The notes: generated by a model from the sequence alone, not told the origin. DNA of 64,000 nt from Candidatus Bathyarchaeota archaeon (GCA_963815095.1 CAWFFH010000008.1:1-64000), one strand, 5' to 3'. Counted from the first letter of the stretch, positions 1 through 10,690 are shown. A program made the numbers and translations.

Positions 1-98
1 GGCCGCTGCATTTGTCCTGTTTTTGCTTGGCTCGTTACTGTTGTTTGGTTTGTCCTTATTTTTGTTTTCGGAACGCTTTTGCAGTAAGCTTTGCCTTT

Positions 99-848
99 TT
101 ACAGTACAAACAGCAAAATTACACCTATTAGAAATCCGGCGGATATTGCTAGGTCTTCGGCATGTCCGATTGATTCCCTGTAGGCTCGAGCTATGAGTTC
201 TCCTGCAATAAACACAATTAAGGTTCCAGTGGCAAAGCTTAACACAACTGCCAAGACGTCATTGTTTACTGCTCCAGCAAGGAAGTAGCCCAAAGGAGCG
301 GCCAAACCAACAATCAAGAAGTCCATAATCCAGTCGCGCATAATATCTCGCTTTGACATACCCTGATTACGCATAATTCTCGCACCCTCCAGAGTAGTTG
401 CTATGTTTCCCAGAAAAAGCACTACCACGGCAGCGTAAAGATTTGGTTGCCTTAGGGCAGCGATGATTCCAACAAAGAGTGTTTCGGGCACGCTGTCTAA
501 GATTGTTCCAACGACTGACAGTTTTCCCTCTGTTTTTTGTCGTTTAACTTTTCGTTCTTCTAGTGTGCAGGCTTTGCAGCGTCTGATATAGTTTTGGGCT
601 AAACCAAACGCGGTGGCTCCTAGACCAAAACCTAAAACCAAATCAAAAACGTTCCCCAAAATCAAAGTTTCTTGTGTAAGAAGCATCACTGCAGCGAAGA
701 ATATGCCTGCGCCAAACGCTGCGAAAAGAGCTCGCTTGGAAGGGGAATAGTTTACGTAGATTGCAATTAGGGCGCCAACCGGGAAGGCTACAGCTACCAC
801 AAAACCTGCGAATAGGGTTTCTAACAATGTGGGGTCAACGAGACTCAT
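99..848 (-). CDS. ZIP (ZupT/GufA-like) family divalent metal transporter
   Basis: 249 aa, multiple TM helices; AFGAG in TM2, LDSVPE and FLGNI..LEG in the two metal-binding helices, FATG near C-terminus. Confidence 0.7.
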   Translation of the reverse strand: MSLVDPTLLETLFAGFVVAVAFPVGALIAIYVNYSPSKRALFAAFGAGIFFAAVMLLTQETLILGNVFDLVLGFGLGATAFGLAQNYIRRCKACTLEERKVKRQKTEGKLSVVGTILDSVPETLFVGIIAALRQPNLYAAVVVLFLGNIATTLEGARIMRNQGMSKRDIMRDWIMDFLIVGLAAPLGYFLAGAVNNDVLAVVLSFATGTLIVFIAGELIARAYRESIGHAEDLAISAGFLIGVILLFVL

Positions 849-1003
849 AATTGCATCTCTTTATTGGCTCAGTTAAAACCGTCTAAATATCTTAGTGGTT
901 GTGCTATAAAAGCTATAGGCAGGAACGAACCGATCTTAAGATCCATTATGCCAGCCTAAAGTCTTTAAACTTATAATGCATAATTAGCGACTAAGGTGAA
1001 ACT

Positions 1004-1153
1004 GTGGACAAGACTGACGTAATACTTTGTCAGCTTTTGCTTGCAAACTCGAGACTTTCTTACCGTGAACTAGCAGAAAAACTTGACCTATCCGTAACCG
1101 CCGTTCATAACCGTATTCAAGACGATGAAAACTTTTATGAGGCGTTAACTTGA
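1004..1153 (+). pseudogene. Truncated Lrp/AsnC family regulator (HTH only)
   Basis: Manual translation from GTG1004: MDKTDVILCQLLLANSRLSYRELAEKLDLSVTAVHNRIQ, then unrelated DDENFYEALT and TGA at 1151; no effector domain. Confidence 0.7.
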
Positions 1154-1506
1154 ATCATAAACATGCCCTTAAAAAAACTCACATTTCAATTATTGAATTT
1201 GATGATGTGAATGTCAATAAATTGGCTAAAGACACAAAATATTTTGGTGAAGGCAACTCTAAAGACAGGCTCTTAGAGTTTGATTTTGAATATTGTCTTA
1301 ACTGTGACTTAAGATTGTTCAACGGAAAGCCAATTATGATCAGGGATATTTTAGAGAATGAGTTCGAAAGATTAGTGATCCAAGCAAAAAATAACAAGTA
1401 TGTATGCTCTGAGCAAACAACTCTGCAGCACACTGATTTTGAAACGTTTGAGCGATTAATTGGGCATGCTTTAGAACTAGGCAAGCTTAGAACCTGCAAA
1501 GATTAG
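1150..1506 (+). CDS. Hypothetical protein (possibly a fragment)
   Basis: 118-aa ORF in AT-rich sequence, no recognised motif. Confidence 0.35.
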   Translation: MNHKHALKKTHISIIEFDDVNVNKLAKDTKYFGEGNSKDRLLEFDFEYCLNCDLRLFNGKPIMIRDILENEFERLVIQAKNNKYVCSEQTTLQHTDFETFERLIGHALELGKLRTCKD

Positions 1507-1689
1507 ACATTACAGAAGAAAGACATATTGGTGCTCTGTTTGAACCTATAGAATTCTGAAGAATGGGTCCCTGTTGGAGCTTTTTCAAGTAGTCAACAAA
1601 TTATAAATCAAGTTATACATGTTGAGCTTTTAACATCGTGAAGATGATTGTCCTTGTTTAGTTGTAGGTTTTTATTGTGGCTCGGCTAA

Positions 1690-2898
1690 ATGTATAGCTA
1701 TTCAAGAGGTATTGTTGGTTTGAATGGGAAACCACTGGTCAGCATAATCAGCGCTGGCATGTCCAAATTCGGTAAACACGAAGGCCTAATGGCAAGAGAA
1801 ATCTTCTCCCAAGCTGCATACGAAGCATTCACACGTTGCCCCAAACTGGAACCAAAAAAAGACATCAAATCCATGTTTATTGGTCACATGGGTGAAGCCT
1901 ATGAGCATCAAGGTCACACTGGTAGCGCTATTGCAGATTGGGCAGGCCTAACTGGTATCCCAGCCACGCGAACTGAAGCTGCTTGTGCTTCCTCAGGAGC
2001 AGCTCTTAGATCAGGTATTTATGCAGTATTATCAGGGTTAGCAGATGTTGTAGTTGTTGGCGGTGTTGAAAAGATGACGCATCGCACGACCGCTGAAGTC
2101 ACTGAGTACCTAGCTATGGCTTCTGATTATCCATTTGAGCAGTGGCACGGTATCACTTTTCCAGGATTGTTCGCTTTGATGGCAACTGCTCACATGCATG
2201 CTTACGGCACCACCGAAGAGCAGATGGCTTTGGCAGCAGTCAAAAACCACTATCACGGAAGCATGAACCCCAAAGCCCACATGCAAAAAGAAATCACCCT
2301 CGAAACTGTTATGAAATCGCGTTATGTTGCTTGGCCACTCAAACTCTACGACTGTTCGCTGATTACTGATGGCGCAAGCTGCATAATCTTAACCAAACCC
2401 GAACTCGCCAAAAAATACACTGACCAACCAGTCCACATCGTTGGTAGCGGACAAGCAAGCGACACCATTGGTCTTTACCAACGCAAAAGCTTAACCTCGC
2501 TTAACGCAACAAAACTGGCGGCAAAAACAGCCTATGACCACGCACAATTAACGCCTAAACAGATAGATTTGGCGGAAGTTCACGACTGCTTTACATTCGC
2601 CGAATTAATGGCTTATGAAGACCTCGGCTTCTGCAAGTCAGGTGAAAGCGGAAGACTAATTGAAAGCGGCGCAACACGACTTGGCGGAAGAATACCCGTT
2701 AACACAAGCGGCGGCTTAAAAGCCAAAGGGCACCCAGTCGGCGCAACAGGAACTGCTCAAGCATACGAAATCTACCTCCAACTTACAGGTCAAGCGGGTA
2801 AACGCCAAGTAAAAGACGCCAAAGTTGGCTTAACTCACAACGTCGGCGGCTCAGGCGCCACCGCAGCTGTCCACATCTACAGGAGCGCACAACAATGA
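1690..2898 (+). CDS. Archaeal thiolase / acetyl-CoA C-acyltransferase
   Basis: EAACASSG catalytic Cys, EVHDCF, GHPVGATG, HNVGG. Confidence 0.92.
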   Translation: MYSYSRGIVGLNGKPLVSIISAGMSKFGKHEGLMAREIFSQAAYEAFTRCPKLEPKKDIKSMFIGHMGEAYEHQGHTGSAIADWAGLTGIPATRTEAACASSGAALRSGIYAVLSGLADVVVVGGVEKMTHRTTAEVTEYLAMASDYPFEQWHGITFPGLFALMATAHMHAYGTTEEQMALAAVKNHYHGSMNPKAHMQKEITLETVMKSRYVAWPLKLYDCSLITDGASCIILTKPELAKKYTDQPVHIVGSGQASDTIGLYQRKSLTSLNATKLAAKTAYDHAQLTPKQIDLAEVHDCFTFAELMAYEDLGFCKSGESGRLIESGATRLGGRIPVNTSGGLKAKGHPVGATGTAQAYEIYLQLTGQAGKRQVKDAKVGLTHNVGGSGATAAVHIYRSAQQ

Positions 2899-3293
2899 GC
2901 ACTCAACCAGAATTTACTATAGAGCAATTTTACAAGTTTTTGAGCCAGCAAAAATTGATGGCTGGAAAATGCTTAAAATGCGGTAAAATTCATTTGCCTC
3001 CAAGACCATTGTGTGATAACTGTTTCTCGCAGGATTTCGAATGGGTCAATGTCTCAGGAAAAGGCAAGCTGGTAACTTACACGGTAATCCATGTTGCGCC
3101 CCAACAATTTCAAAACTTAACTCCCTATGCTGTAGGCATTGTGGAACTGGAAAATGGCTTAAAAATTCCCGGCATGATACAGGGCACAATACAAGAGCAC
3201 TTGAAGATTGGCATGGAGTTAAATTTGGACTTTGGCACATGCAGCATGCCTCAGCAATGGCCACAATGGCCCAGGTACTGCTTCAAACCTTGA
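2895..3293 (+). CDS. DUF35 Zn-ribbon/OB-fold thiolase partner
   Basis: CxxC..PPRPLCxxC, GKGKLVTYTVIH, PYAVGIVELE; ATGA overlap with the thiolase stop. Confidence 0.9.
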   Translation: MSTQPEFTIEQFYKFLSQQKLMAGKCLKCGKIHLPPRPLCDNCFSQDFEWVNVSGKGKLVTYTVIHVAPQQFQNLTPYAVGIVELENGLKIPGMIQGTIQEHLKIGMELNLDFGTCSMPQQWPQWPRYCFKP

Positions 3294-3527
3294 ATTATTG
3301 AACAAAATTTCTTAAAACTTGTTCTTAACGAATAGAAAATAAAATCTCAATTTTCAGGAAAGAGGGAAACCCAATAGCCATTAAGCGGGTGTTAATCACC
3401 CACAAGCTTAGTGATTGCTTGGTTAACATTAATTATGTATATTCTAATCACTAAACCTATTTTTAGCATCACAGCAAAACTTTATTGGCAATTGAGCAAT
3501 ATTTTTCTTATAGAAGTTGAAGTCCCA

Positions 3528-4148
3528 GTGGTTGAAAAACCCAAAGTTTGCTTGGTTTCCTGCAGTGTTCTAAGAGAGGAACTTGAACAATTAGTCAAAC
3601 AAGGTGACCTTGACGCTGAACTAGTTTTTGTTAGCAAATTTTTCCATATAGACTATTCAATATTAGAAAGCAATTTGAGAAAAGTTCTAAAACAAACTCT
3701 CAAAAGATTCAAGGGCAAAGTTGTACTCGCTTATGGTGACTTGTGCCTTGGGCAAGATGACGAAATGAAAAAGTTAGCTCAAGAGTTTGGGGTTAATAAG
3801 ATTGATGCGGTGAACTGCATAGACTGTCAACTCGGAGGAAAGGGCAAATTCTTCGAAGCGGACCCCAAGCACAACTTGATGTTTATGGGTCCAGGCATGA
3901 TAGGTTTTTTTAGGCATGCTAAGGAGCAGCTGCGCAGGGAAGGCGTGGACGATGCAGCTTTTGCAAATATGTTCAATGGGATTAAAGGTGCCGTAATATT
4001 GGATACATGTGACAACGCAGAAAAATGCAGAAAAGAACTGGAAGAGTCAGGTATGAAGCTTACAATTCTTGAAACAAGAAAAATAGGATTAGAGAATGTT
4101 AAGCAAGTAGTTTTGGATGCAATAAACTGCGAAAATGGAGTCAATTGA
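3528..4148 (+). CDS. DUF1638-like protein
   Basis: SCSVLREEL, LAYGDLC, AVNCIDCQLGG pattern; likely start GTG3528 rather than 3411. Confidence 0.65.
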   Translation: MVEKPKVCLVSCSVLREELEQLVKQGDLDAELVFVSKFFHIDYSILESNLRKVLKQTLKRFKGKVVLAYGDLCLGQDDEMKKLAQEFGVNKIDAVNCIDCQLGGKGKFFEADPKHNLMFMGPGMIGFFRHAKEQLRREGVDDAAFANMFNGIKGAVILDTCDNAEKCRKELEESGMKLTILETRKIGLENVKQVVLDAINCENGVN

Positions 4149-4249
4149 CTCTTTTGGAGCTAAAAATTTAACAACCCAATTGTTTGACGTAGTCGAAACA
4201 ACCGTAAGTATTAAACAACCATACATACAATAATGCTGACTAGTACCGC

Positions 4250-7200
4250 TTGGATGTGCCTTTAATGACTGAAACTACTCCCTCATCGCCCATGAAACGG
4301 GTCGAAGATTGGAAATCTCGACTAATCGACCTTTCCAGAAAAAACAATTTATTATACTTTCATAAGTCTAAACGTGGAAACCTTGCCATATCCCAGCCGG
4401 AACCACAAAAAATCTTCGACGTACTCGTCTTGAAGAAGAATCATTTAGAATTTTGGGAACCTCAAGAAACCAAAACAACCGAAATGCTTGAGAAGTCAAA
4501 ATTAAAAGGTAAGGGCAAAGCCAAATCTGAAGCCAAAACCGCAAAACCTGAAGTCAAAACCGCCATCGTCCCTGAAGAACCCAAACGTCCGACTGCAAAC
4601 CAGCTTGTTTGCGGTAATTTAAGTCGAATGGAACTTGAGCGCAACCTCAAAAGTTTGCAGGGTCGTTCACTTCTGGATTATATGGAGCGCGGTGTCCGCA
4701 TTTTGCATGCAGCTTTCGGGACACTCAATTGGGTAGATGCGGAAACAAAAGAAAACGTTCAGTCACCCCTAATTCTTGTGCCCTTAGAACTAACACGGGA
4801 TACCATACGTCAACCCTACAACATCTCAGTTCCGCCTGTAGAAGATGAAGCCGTTCTAAACCCAGCGCTGCAGGCTAAACTGAAGAATGACTTTAAAATC
4901 GAGTTGCCACCACTGCCCGAAGAGTGGGAAGAACAAAAATTAACCGACTACTTCAATTTGGTCAACGAAGCAGTTGCTGAGATGGGTTGGAAAACGGAGT
5001 CGTCTATCGATTTGGGCCTTTTTTCCTTCCAGAAACTGGTTATTTACAAAGATTTAGAATCCAATGCCGCCTTGGTTACTCAGCACCCCATCATTAAGGC
5101 CATCGCGGGCATAAAAGAGGACAACCTTATCCTAAGCGGGTTACCCGACGAGAAAGATGTTGATAGGATTGAAATGCCAGCAAAAACCTACCAGGTCCTC
5201 GATGCAGACAGCAGTCAGCGCGTATCCATTGAATATGCTCTTCGCGGCCAAAGCTTCGTCATGAAAGGACCCCCAGGTACAGGGAAGAGTCAGACAATTG
5301 CAAACATAATCGCCGAATGCATCGCAAACGGCAAAAGCGTACTGTTTGTCAGTGACAAAATGGCTGCCCTCGAAGTAGTTTACAAACGGCTAAGCGAAGT
5401 TGGTTTGGCTCATTTCTGTCTTGAACTTCACAGCAGCAAAGCAAACAAACAACAGGTTGTAGCGGAACTCAAAAGGAGCTTAGATGAGAACCTCATTCCA
5501 CGTAAATTGCCCTCGGCGCACGAGTTCGAGAGGATGGCGGAGTACCGCGAATCACTAAATGGCTACGTTGCGGCATTGCATGAGAAACGACCGTATATGC
5601 AAAGAAGCGTCTACGAAGTCCTAAGCATAATTTCAAGTTTAGAGCGAGTTCCATTTGTTCCTGTCGGCTTGTCTGAACTGGGAACGTTAACTCCTCAGAA
5701 AATTCGTGAACTCGAAGACCTCGTTTCTCAACTTAGCAAGGTTTGGCAAGTAGTCGAGGAACCAGATTTTCCATGGATAGGCTATCGCGCAGATAAATAT
5801 AGCCTTGAAATCCGTAGCGAACTCCTCACTGCCCTTGAAAAAATAAACGAAAAACTCCGTGGTTTGCAACAGGAAACCGAAGACTTCTCAGCTAAGCTGG
5901 GCGTGTTTCCGCCTGAAACCTTTGTACAAATACAATGGCTCCTTGACGTAAGCAAATTACTGTTTGAGAGCCCAAAACCGGAAGCATACTGGTTAACAAA
6001 TCAGGGTATTGATATACTGCTGAGTGAAGCCCACGGTTATTTGGACACGAGTATCTGGATAAAGAATACCCGCGCAAGCCTGATAGAACGTTATCAGCCG
6101 TCTTTGTTCACTCTGGTTCTTAATAGGTCGGTGGAAGTGCAACAAGCAGTTTCAACGCTAAGCAAAATGTTGCCAGGAGTCGGTGTGGAAGAAGGCGAAT
6201 TGTTATCTAAACGGGAAAAACTATTGGCGTTCATTCGGAACACTGAGTTAATTTCACGTAAGTGGCGTGAAACTTCTCAATCTCTTGCCCAACTCCTCGG
6301 TATAGATGGCGCCGATTTGACCGTTACACAATTAAAACAGCTCTCCCGAATGGCGCTGCTGTGTTTCTCAGAAGATAAGCCTGAGCCAGAATGGTTCGAT
6401 GCTAAATATCTCGAGCAAGTCCAAGAAACCGTCGGCAATGCCAAAGAGCTCTATCAAGAACACAACCTCATAAAAAGCCGAATAGGAGAAACCTACAGCG
6501 ATGGTATCTACGACTTAGATTTGGACGGGATGATTGAAAGGTACAGCGGTGAATACCAGAGTGGCTTGAAAATTTTCAATGCAACTTACCGTAACGACCA
6601 AAAGGCGATTGCAAGGTTAACAAACGATGGTAAAGTCCCAAAAATAATCCAGCAAGATCTAATCGACGCACGCAAAGTCAAAAAGCTACAAGCAAAGATT
6701 GAGGCTTCCGCTGAAACTGTCCGAACATTGATGGGTCACTACTACCGCAAAACTCGAACAGACTTCCAAGGTGCCGAAAAAGCCCTCGCATTAACAGACG
6801 AAATCAAAAAGTTATCGTGGGGGACTCAAATTCCTGAGACTCTGCTCAAACTACTCACAACCTCGTCAAGTCCTTCTCCTATGATTAAGAATTTGGGTAT
6901 GGAATTGCAAGCTTCCGTGGCTAAATGGGAAGAGCAAGGCAAAGAAGTGGAATCAATTATTCCACTGAGTTTGCCCAAGTCAGACGCAGCCATAAACTGG
7001 ACGCCGCTGTCAATGCTTGAGGAATGGACAAACGAAACAGAAAAACAACTCAACCTCCTGAGCACCCTCACCAAAGACACCTTAACAACAAGTAAACAGG
7101 AACCCCAAAACTACAAACAACTCATCGAAGACCTTAAAAACGCCGAAGAAATACGCAAAAAAGAAGCCCAAATCGTCGGCGAAAAAGTTCAACTTCAAGA

Positions 7201-9925
7201 AAAATATGGTAACCGCTTCCAAGAATTAAAAACCAACTGGCAAGACATCGTCGCGGTGCTTGAATGGTGCAAAAAAGTTCAAGAAGCGTTTGGCGATATT
7301 CCAGTGCCACAAGCATTCGCAGACCTCGCCGCCCAAGGACCAACAGCAGCACCTTCAAATACAGAGTTAACCCAGCAAAACGAGGCTTCACTTAAGATTC
7401 TGGCAGATTTTGACAAACGATTCGAAACCGAAATGAAATACCAAAACCAGAAGCTAAAGGATTTAGAAATTAAAGTCATTAGTGAACGAATCCAAGCGCT
7501 TCGAGATCGTGTGGATGACGTTCAGGTTTGGATTGACTTTAAAGACGCCAAAAACCGCTTCAACCTGCGAAACTTGGACCAATTCTTTAGCCGATTAGTA
7601 GAGCAGCACATTTCAGCGGCTGATTTGGGTTATGTTTTCCGAAAGGGCGTTTATCAGGAGTGGATAAACAACCTATACAATGAAGACCAAAAGTTGGGCA
7701 TGTTCCGCCGTGAGAATCATGAGCAGTTGATTGCTGACTTCCGAAAACTCGACCAAGACCTAATCCGCTTAACCTCCAGCATGGTTATTGAAGCAGCAAA
7801 CAGCAGAAAACCCCAAGACATTCTCATCCAAGCAGCCGACTCCGAAGCCAACGTCCTTCTAAAAGAAGCCGCAAAGAAACGTCGCCTCATGCCGATTAGA
7901 ACCCTGATGCAGAAAATCCCCAACCTACTCGTTAAACTCAAACCCTGTCTTTTAATGAGTCCCATATCAGTTAGCCAATTTCTGCCTCCAGACAAAAAGT
8001 TTGACTTAGTACTCTTCGACGAGGCTTCCCAACTTGTTCCTGAAGACGCCATTGGCGCTATTTACCGTGGAAAAACCGTTGTAGTTGCAGGCGATAACAA
8101 GCAATTGCCGCCAACCTCTTTTTTCCAAAAAAGTCTAATGGACAATGTAGACTGGGACGAACTAAGCGACGAAGACGTCGAAGTCTTCGACAGTATCCTT
8201 GACGAATGCCTCGGCATCGGACTGCCAGTTAAAACGCTAAGGTGGCACTATCGCAGCAAACACGAAGACCTTATTGCATTTTCAAACCACCGCTTCTACG
8301 ACGATACCATGATAACGTTCCCAGCTGCCAAAAATCAAACCGAAAGTTTAGGTGTAAAACTCGTCCACGTGCCAGAGGGTGTCTATGATCGAGGCGGCGC
8401 AAGAAACAATCTTAAAGAAGCCGAAAAAGTCGCCGACTTGGTCTTTGAGCACTTCAAAAACTACCCGCACAAAACCCTTGGAGTTGTAACCTTCAGCATA
8501 GCCCAAATGAACGCGGTGGAAGAAGCAATCGAAAATAAGCTCCAAGATCAACCAGACTTTGAACCCTTCTTCAAAGAAGACCGTTTAGAAGGCTTTTTCG
8601 TGAAAAACTTGGAGAACGTTCAAGGAGACGAACGTGACGTTATATTTTTCAGTGTAGGCTATGGTTTTGATCAGCAGGGACAGATGGCGATGAACTTTGG
8701 TCCCTTAAACAAGCCGGGAGGCGAGCGGCGCTTAAATGTTGCCGTAACCCGCGCAAGGGAAAAAGTAGTGCTGATTACTTCTATTAAAGCCTCGGACGTT
8801 GACAAAGACGCTCAAGCACTCGGAGTACAAACTCTGCGCACCTACCTCGACTATGCCGAGCACGGACCCGAAACTCTATCAAATAACCCGAAAGGCACGT
8901 TTGATTCAGCCTTAGATGAAGATGTAGCAGAAGAAATCAAAAAGCTGGGTTATGAGATTATTCCAGAAGTTGGTTGCAGCGGATACAGAATCGACATAGG
9001 CGTAGTTGACCCAGTTAACCCCGGAAGTTTCCTGCTTGGCGTAGAATGCGACGGCGCAACATACAGATCAAGCAGCAGTGCAAGAGACCGCGACCGACTC
9101 CGTGAACAGGTCCTACGGCAACTGGGCTGGCGAATCCATCGCATCTGGTCACCCGCGTGGGTTGCAAGACGCGACTCAGAAATCAGACGGCTAAAAGAAA
9201 CACTAGAACAATCCCAGAAAATCCAACTTGAAAAAGACGCTCAAAAACCCATAATTGATATCGAAGAAGACTTTGCACCCCAAACCGACATCCAAAAAAA
9301 CACATTTGCTGGTATCGAAAAAATCGGCGTCCCATACAAAATCTACCCACTAAAAGCCACATACAATCCATACATCAAAGTTGCCACAGCCAAAACCACC
9401 TACGACTCCAAACAAAAAAACGAGTTCCACTTTCCAGAAAACCGAGAAAACCAAACCAAACTCCTTGCCGAACTCATCCAAAACGAAGGTCCAATCCACT
9501 TTGACTATGCCGTTGAAAGGTTAGCAGCAGCTTGGGGAATAAAGCAGGTAACACCAAAAATTGCTCATGCTGTAAAAGACGCCCTGAACAACTTGATACG
9601 CGAACAGAAAGTAATAATCAAAGGCAGTTTTCTATGGCCAACTGGACTAAAGGAAACCCCGATTCGCGTTCCAATGCAAGGTGTTCCAGAATCCAAACGT
9701 AAACCTGACTACATTGCGCCAGAAGAGGTCGCTTCGGCTATGATGATAGTTGCTCAGTATGCTTTAGGTATAAGCGATGATTCGTTGATTGCTGAAACCG
9801 CTAAGGTTTTCGGGCTTAATCGTTCAGGTGAGGAAGCCAGATCTGTTTTCTCTGAAGTTCTTAAAAGGTTAGTTAGGGAAAGAAAACTTATCCGCCGAGA
9901 CGACGGCGTCGTAACCGTCGCTTAA
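4250..9925 (+). CDS. DUF4011 + SF1 (UPF1/DNA2-like) helicase + Vsr-like nuclease + DUF3320 protein
   Basis: WKSRLIDLSRKNNLL N-terminus; GPPGTGKSQT, FDEASQ, GDNKQLPPT, HYRS, VQGDERD, RLNVAVTRAR; C-terminal YRIDIG..ECDG..RDRDRLR..LGWRIHRIWS. Confidence 0.9.
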   Translation: MDVPLMTETTPSSPMKRVEDWKSRLIDLSRKNNLLYFHKSKRGNLAISQPEPQKIFDVLVLKKNHLEFWEPQETKTTEMLEKSKLKGKGKAKSEAKTAKPEVKTAIVPEEPKRPTANQLVCGNLSRMELERNLKSLQGRSLLDYMERGVRILHAAFGTLNWVDAETKENVQSPLILVPLELTRDTIRQPYNISVPPVEDEAVLNPALQAKLKNDFKIELPPLPEEWEEQKLTDYFNLVNEAVAEMGWKTESSIDLGLFSFQKLVIYKDLESNAALVTQHPIIKAIAGIKEDNLILSGLPDEKDVDRIEMPAKTYQVLDADSSQRVSIEYALRGQSFVMKGPPGTGKSQTIANIIAECIANGKSVLFVSDKMAALEVVYKRLSEVGLAHFCLELHSSKANKQQVVAELKRSLDENLIPRKLPSAHEFERMAEYRESLNGYVAALHEKRPYMQRSVYEVLSIISSLERVPFVPVGLSELGTLTPQKIRELEDLVSQLSKVWQVVEEPDFPWIGYRADKYSLEIRSELLTALEKINEKLRGLQQETEDFSAKLGVFPPETFVQIQWLLDVSKLLFESPKPEAYWLTNQGIDILLSEAHGYLDTSIWIKNTRASLIERYQPSLFTLVLNRSVEVQQAVSTLSKMLPGVGVEEGELLSKREKLLAFIRNTELISRKWRETSQSLAQLLGIDGADLTVTQLKQLSRMALLCFSEDKPEPEWFDAKYLEQVQETVGNAKELYQEHNLIKSRIGETYSDGIYDLDLDGMIERYSGEYQSGLKIFNATYRNDQKAIARLTNDGKVPKIIQQDLIDARKVKKLQAKIEASAETVRTLMGHYYRKTRTDFQGAEKALALTDEIKKLSWGTQIPETLLKLLTTSSSPSPMIKNLGMELQASVAKWEEQGKEVESIIPLSLPKSDAAINWTPLSMLEEWTNETEKQLNLLSTLTKDTLTTSKQEPQNYKQLIEDLKNAEEIRKKEAQIVGEKVQLQEKYGNRFQELKTNWQDIVAVLEWCKKVQEAFGDIPVPQAFADLAAQGPTAAPSNTELTQQNEASLKILADFDKRFETEMKYQNQKLKDLEIKVISERIQALRDRVDDVQVWIDFKDAKNRFNLRNLDQFFSRLVEQHISAADLGYVFRKGVYQEWINNLYNEDQKLGMFRRENHEQLIADFRKLDQDLIRLTSSMVIEAANSRKPQDILIQAADSEANVLLKEAAKKRRLMPIRTLMQKIPNLLVKLKPCLLMSPISVSQFLPPDKKFDLVLFDEASQLVPEDAIGAIYRGKTVVVAGDNKQLPPTSFFQKSLMDNVDWDELSDEDVEVFDSILDECLGIGLPVKTLRWHYRSKHEDLIAFSNHRFYDDTMITFPAAKNQTESLGVKLVHVPEGVYDRGGARNNLKEAEKVADLVFEHFKNYPHKTLGVVTFSIAQMNAVEEAIENKLQDQPDFEPFFKEDRLEGFFVKNLENVQGDERDVIFFSVGYGFDQQGQMAMNFGPLNKPGGERRLNVAVTRAREKVVLITSIKASDVDKDAQALGVQTLRTYLDYAEHGPETLSNNPKGTFDSALDEDVAEEIKKLGYEIIPEVGCSGYRIDIGVVDPVNPGSFLLGVECDGATYRSSSSARDRDRLREQVLRQLGWRIHRIWSPAWVARRDSEIRRLKETLEQSQKIQLEKDAQKPIIDIEEDFAPQTDIQKNTFAGIEKIGVPYKIYPLKATYNPYIKVATAKTTYDSKQKNEFHFPENRENQTKLLAELIQNEGPIHFDYAVERLAAAWGIKQVTPKIAHAVKDALNNLIREQKVIIKGSFLWPTGLKETPIRVPMQGVPESKRKPDYIAPEEVASAMMIVAQYALGISDDSLIAETAKVFGLNRSGEEARSVFSEVLKRLVRERKLIRRDDGVVTVA

Positions 9926-10644
9926 TCTTTATTTATTTTTTTTATTAGAATAGGCAAATCGTTTAGTGATGTTATAATGTAGTTTGCGCCATTACTCATC
10001 AACTGCTCTGTTGTGGACAAACCCGTTGGCATTCCGACTGCGATGGCTTTTAATTCCTTAGCACTTTGCATATCAACAACGTTGTCCCCAACTATTAGTG
10101 TGGCTTTTGGGTGAACTCCTAAGGATTTGAGTGCTAATTCGAATTGTTCAGTATGGGGCTTTACATATTTCACTTTGTCCCGTGGAACAACCACTTTGAA
10201 GAAACCGTCAATTTTGAAGCGTTGCAGAATGTAGTTTGAGGCTTTTTCGCTGCTGGTTGTGCATAAACCTATTCTCAGGTTCATTTTCTGTATGTCCTTG
10301 AGTGTTTCAACCGCTCCAGAAAGCAGGCTAGTAGATGTGGCGGCTTGCATCTCGTATTTCTCAGCAATCGACAAAGCATGTGTGCGAATTTGTGTAAAAG
10401 CTTCCGTAGATTTAGAGTTGTTTTTTACGAAAATCTCAGCTTTTTTTAGCATTTCAAAGATGTTCTCGTTAACGTCGAGAAGGGACGCTGGAATGTGTGC
10501 GCTCATTAGGTAGGTTCTGACTTCTGAACGTAAGGTTTTGTAGTCTAAGTTGAAATGGGCAAGTGTTCCATCTAAATCGAATATTACTGCTTCTAACGGC
10601 AAAATTGTTAGCTCCGATTCCATGGGGTAGTTTGGGGTTAACAC
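9922..10644 (-). CDS. HAD family hydrolase (phosphoglycolate phosphatase-like)
   Basis: FDLDGTL motif I, KP motif III, VGDNVVD motif IV. Confidence 0.85.
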   Translation of the reverse strand: MLTPNYPMESELTILPLEAVIFDLDGTLAHFNLDYKTLRSEVRTYLMSAHIPASLLDVNENIFEMLKKAEIFVKNNSKSTEAFTQIRTHALSIAEKYEMQAATSTSLLSGAVETLKDIQKMNLRIGLCTTSSEKASNYILQRFKIDGFFKVVVPRDKVKYVKPHTEQFELALKSLGVHPKATLIVGDNVVDMQSAKELKAIAVGMPTGLSTTEQLMSNGANYIITSLNDLPILIKKINKD

Positions 10645-10690
10645 TTCTCTAACAGAAATATACCTTGTGGTAAAACCCCTGCTCAGAGTT

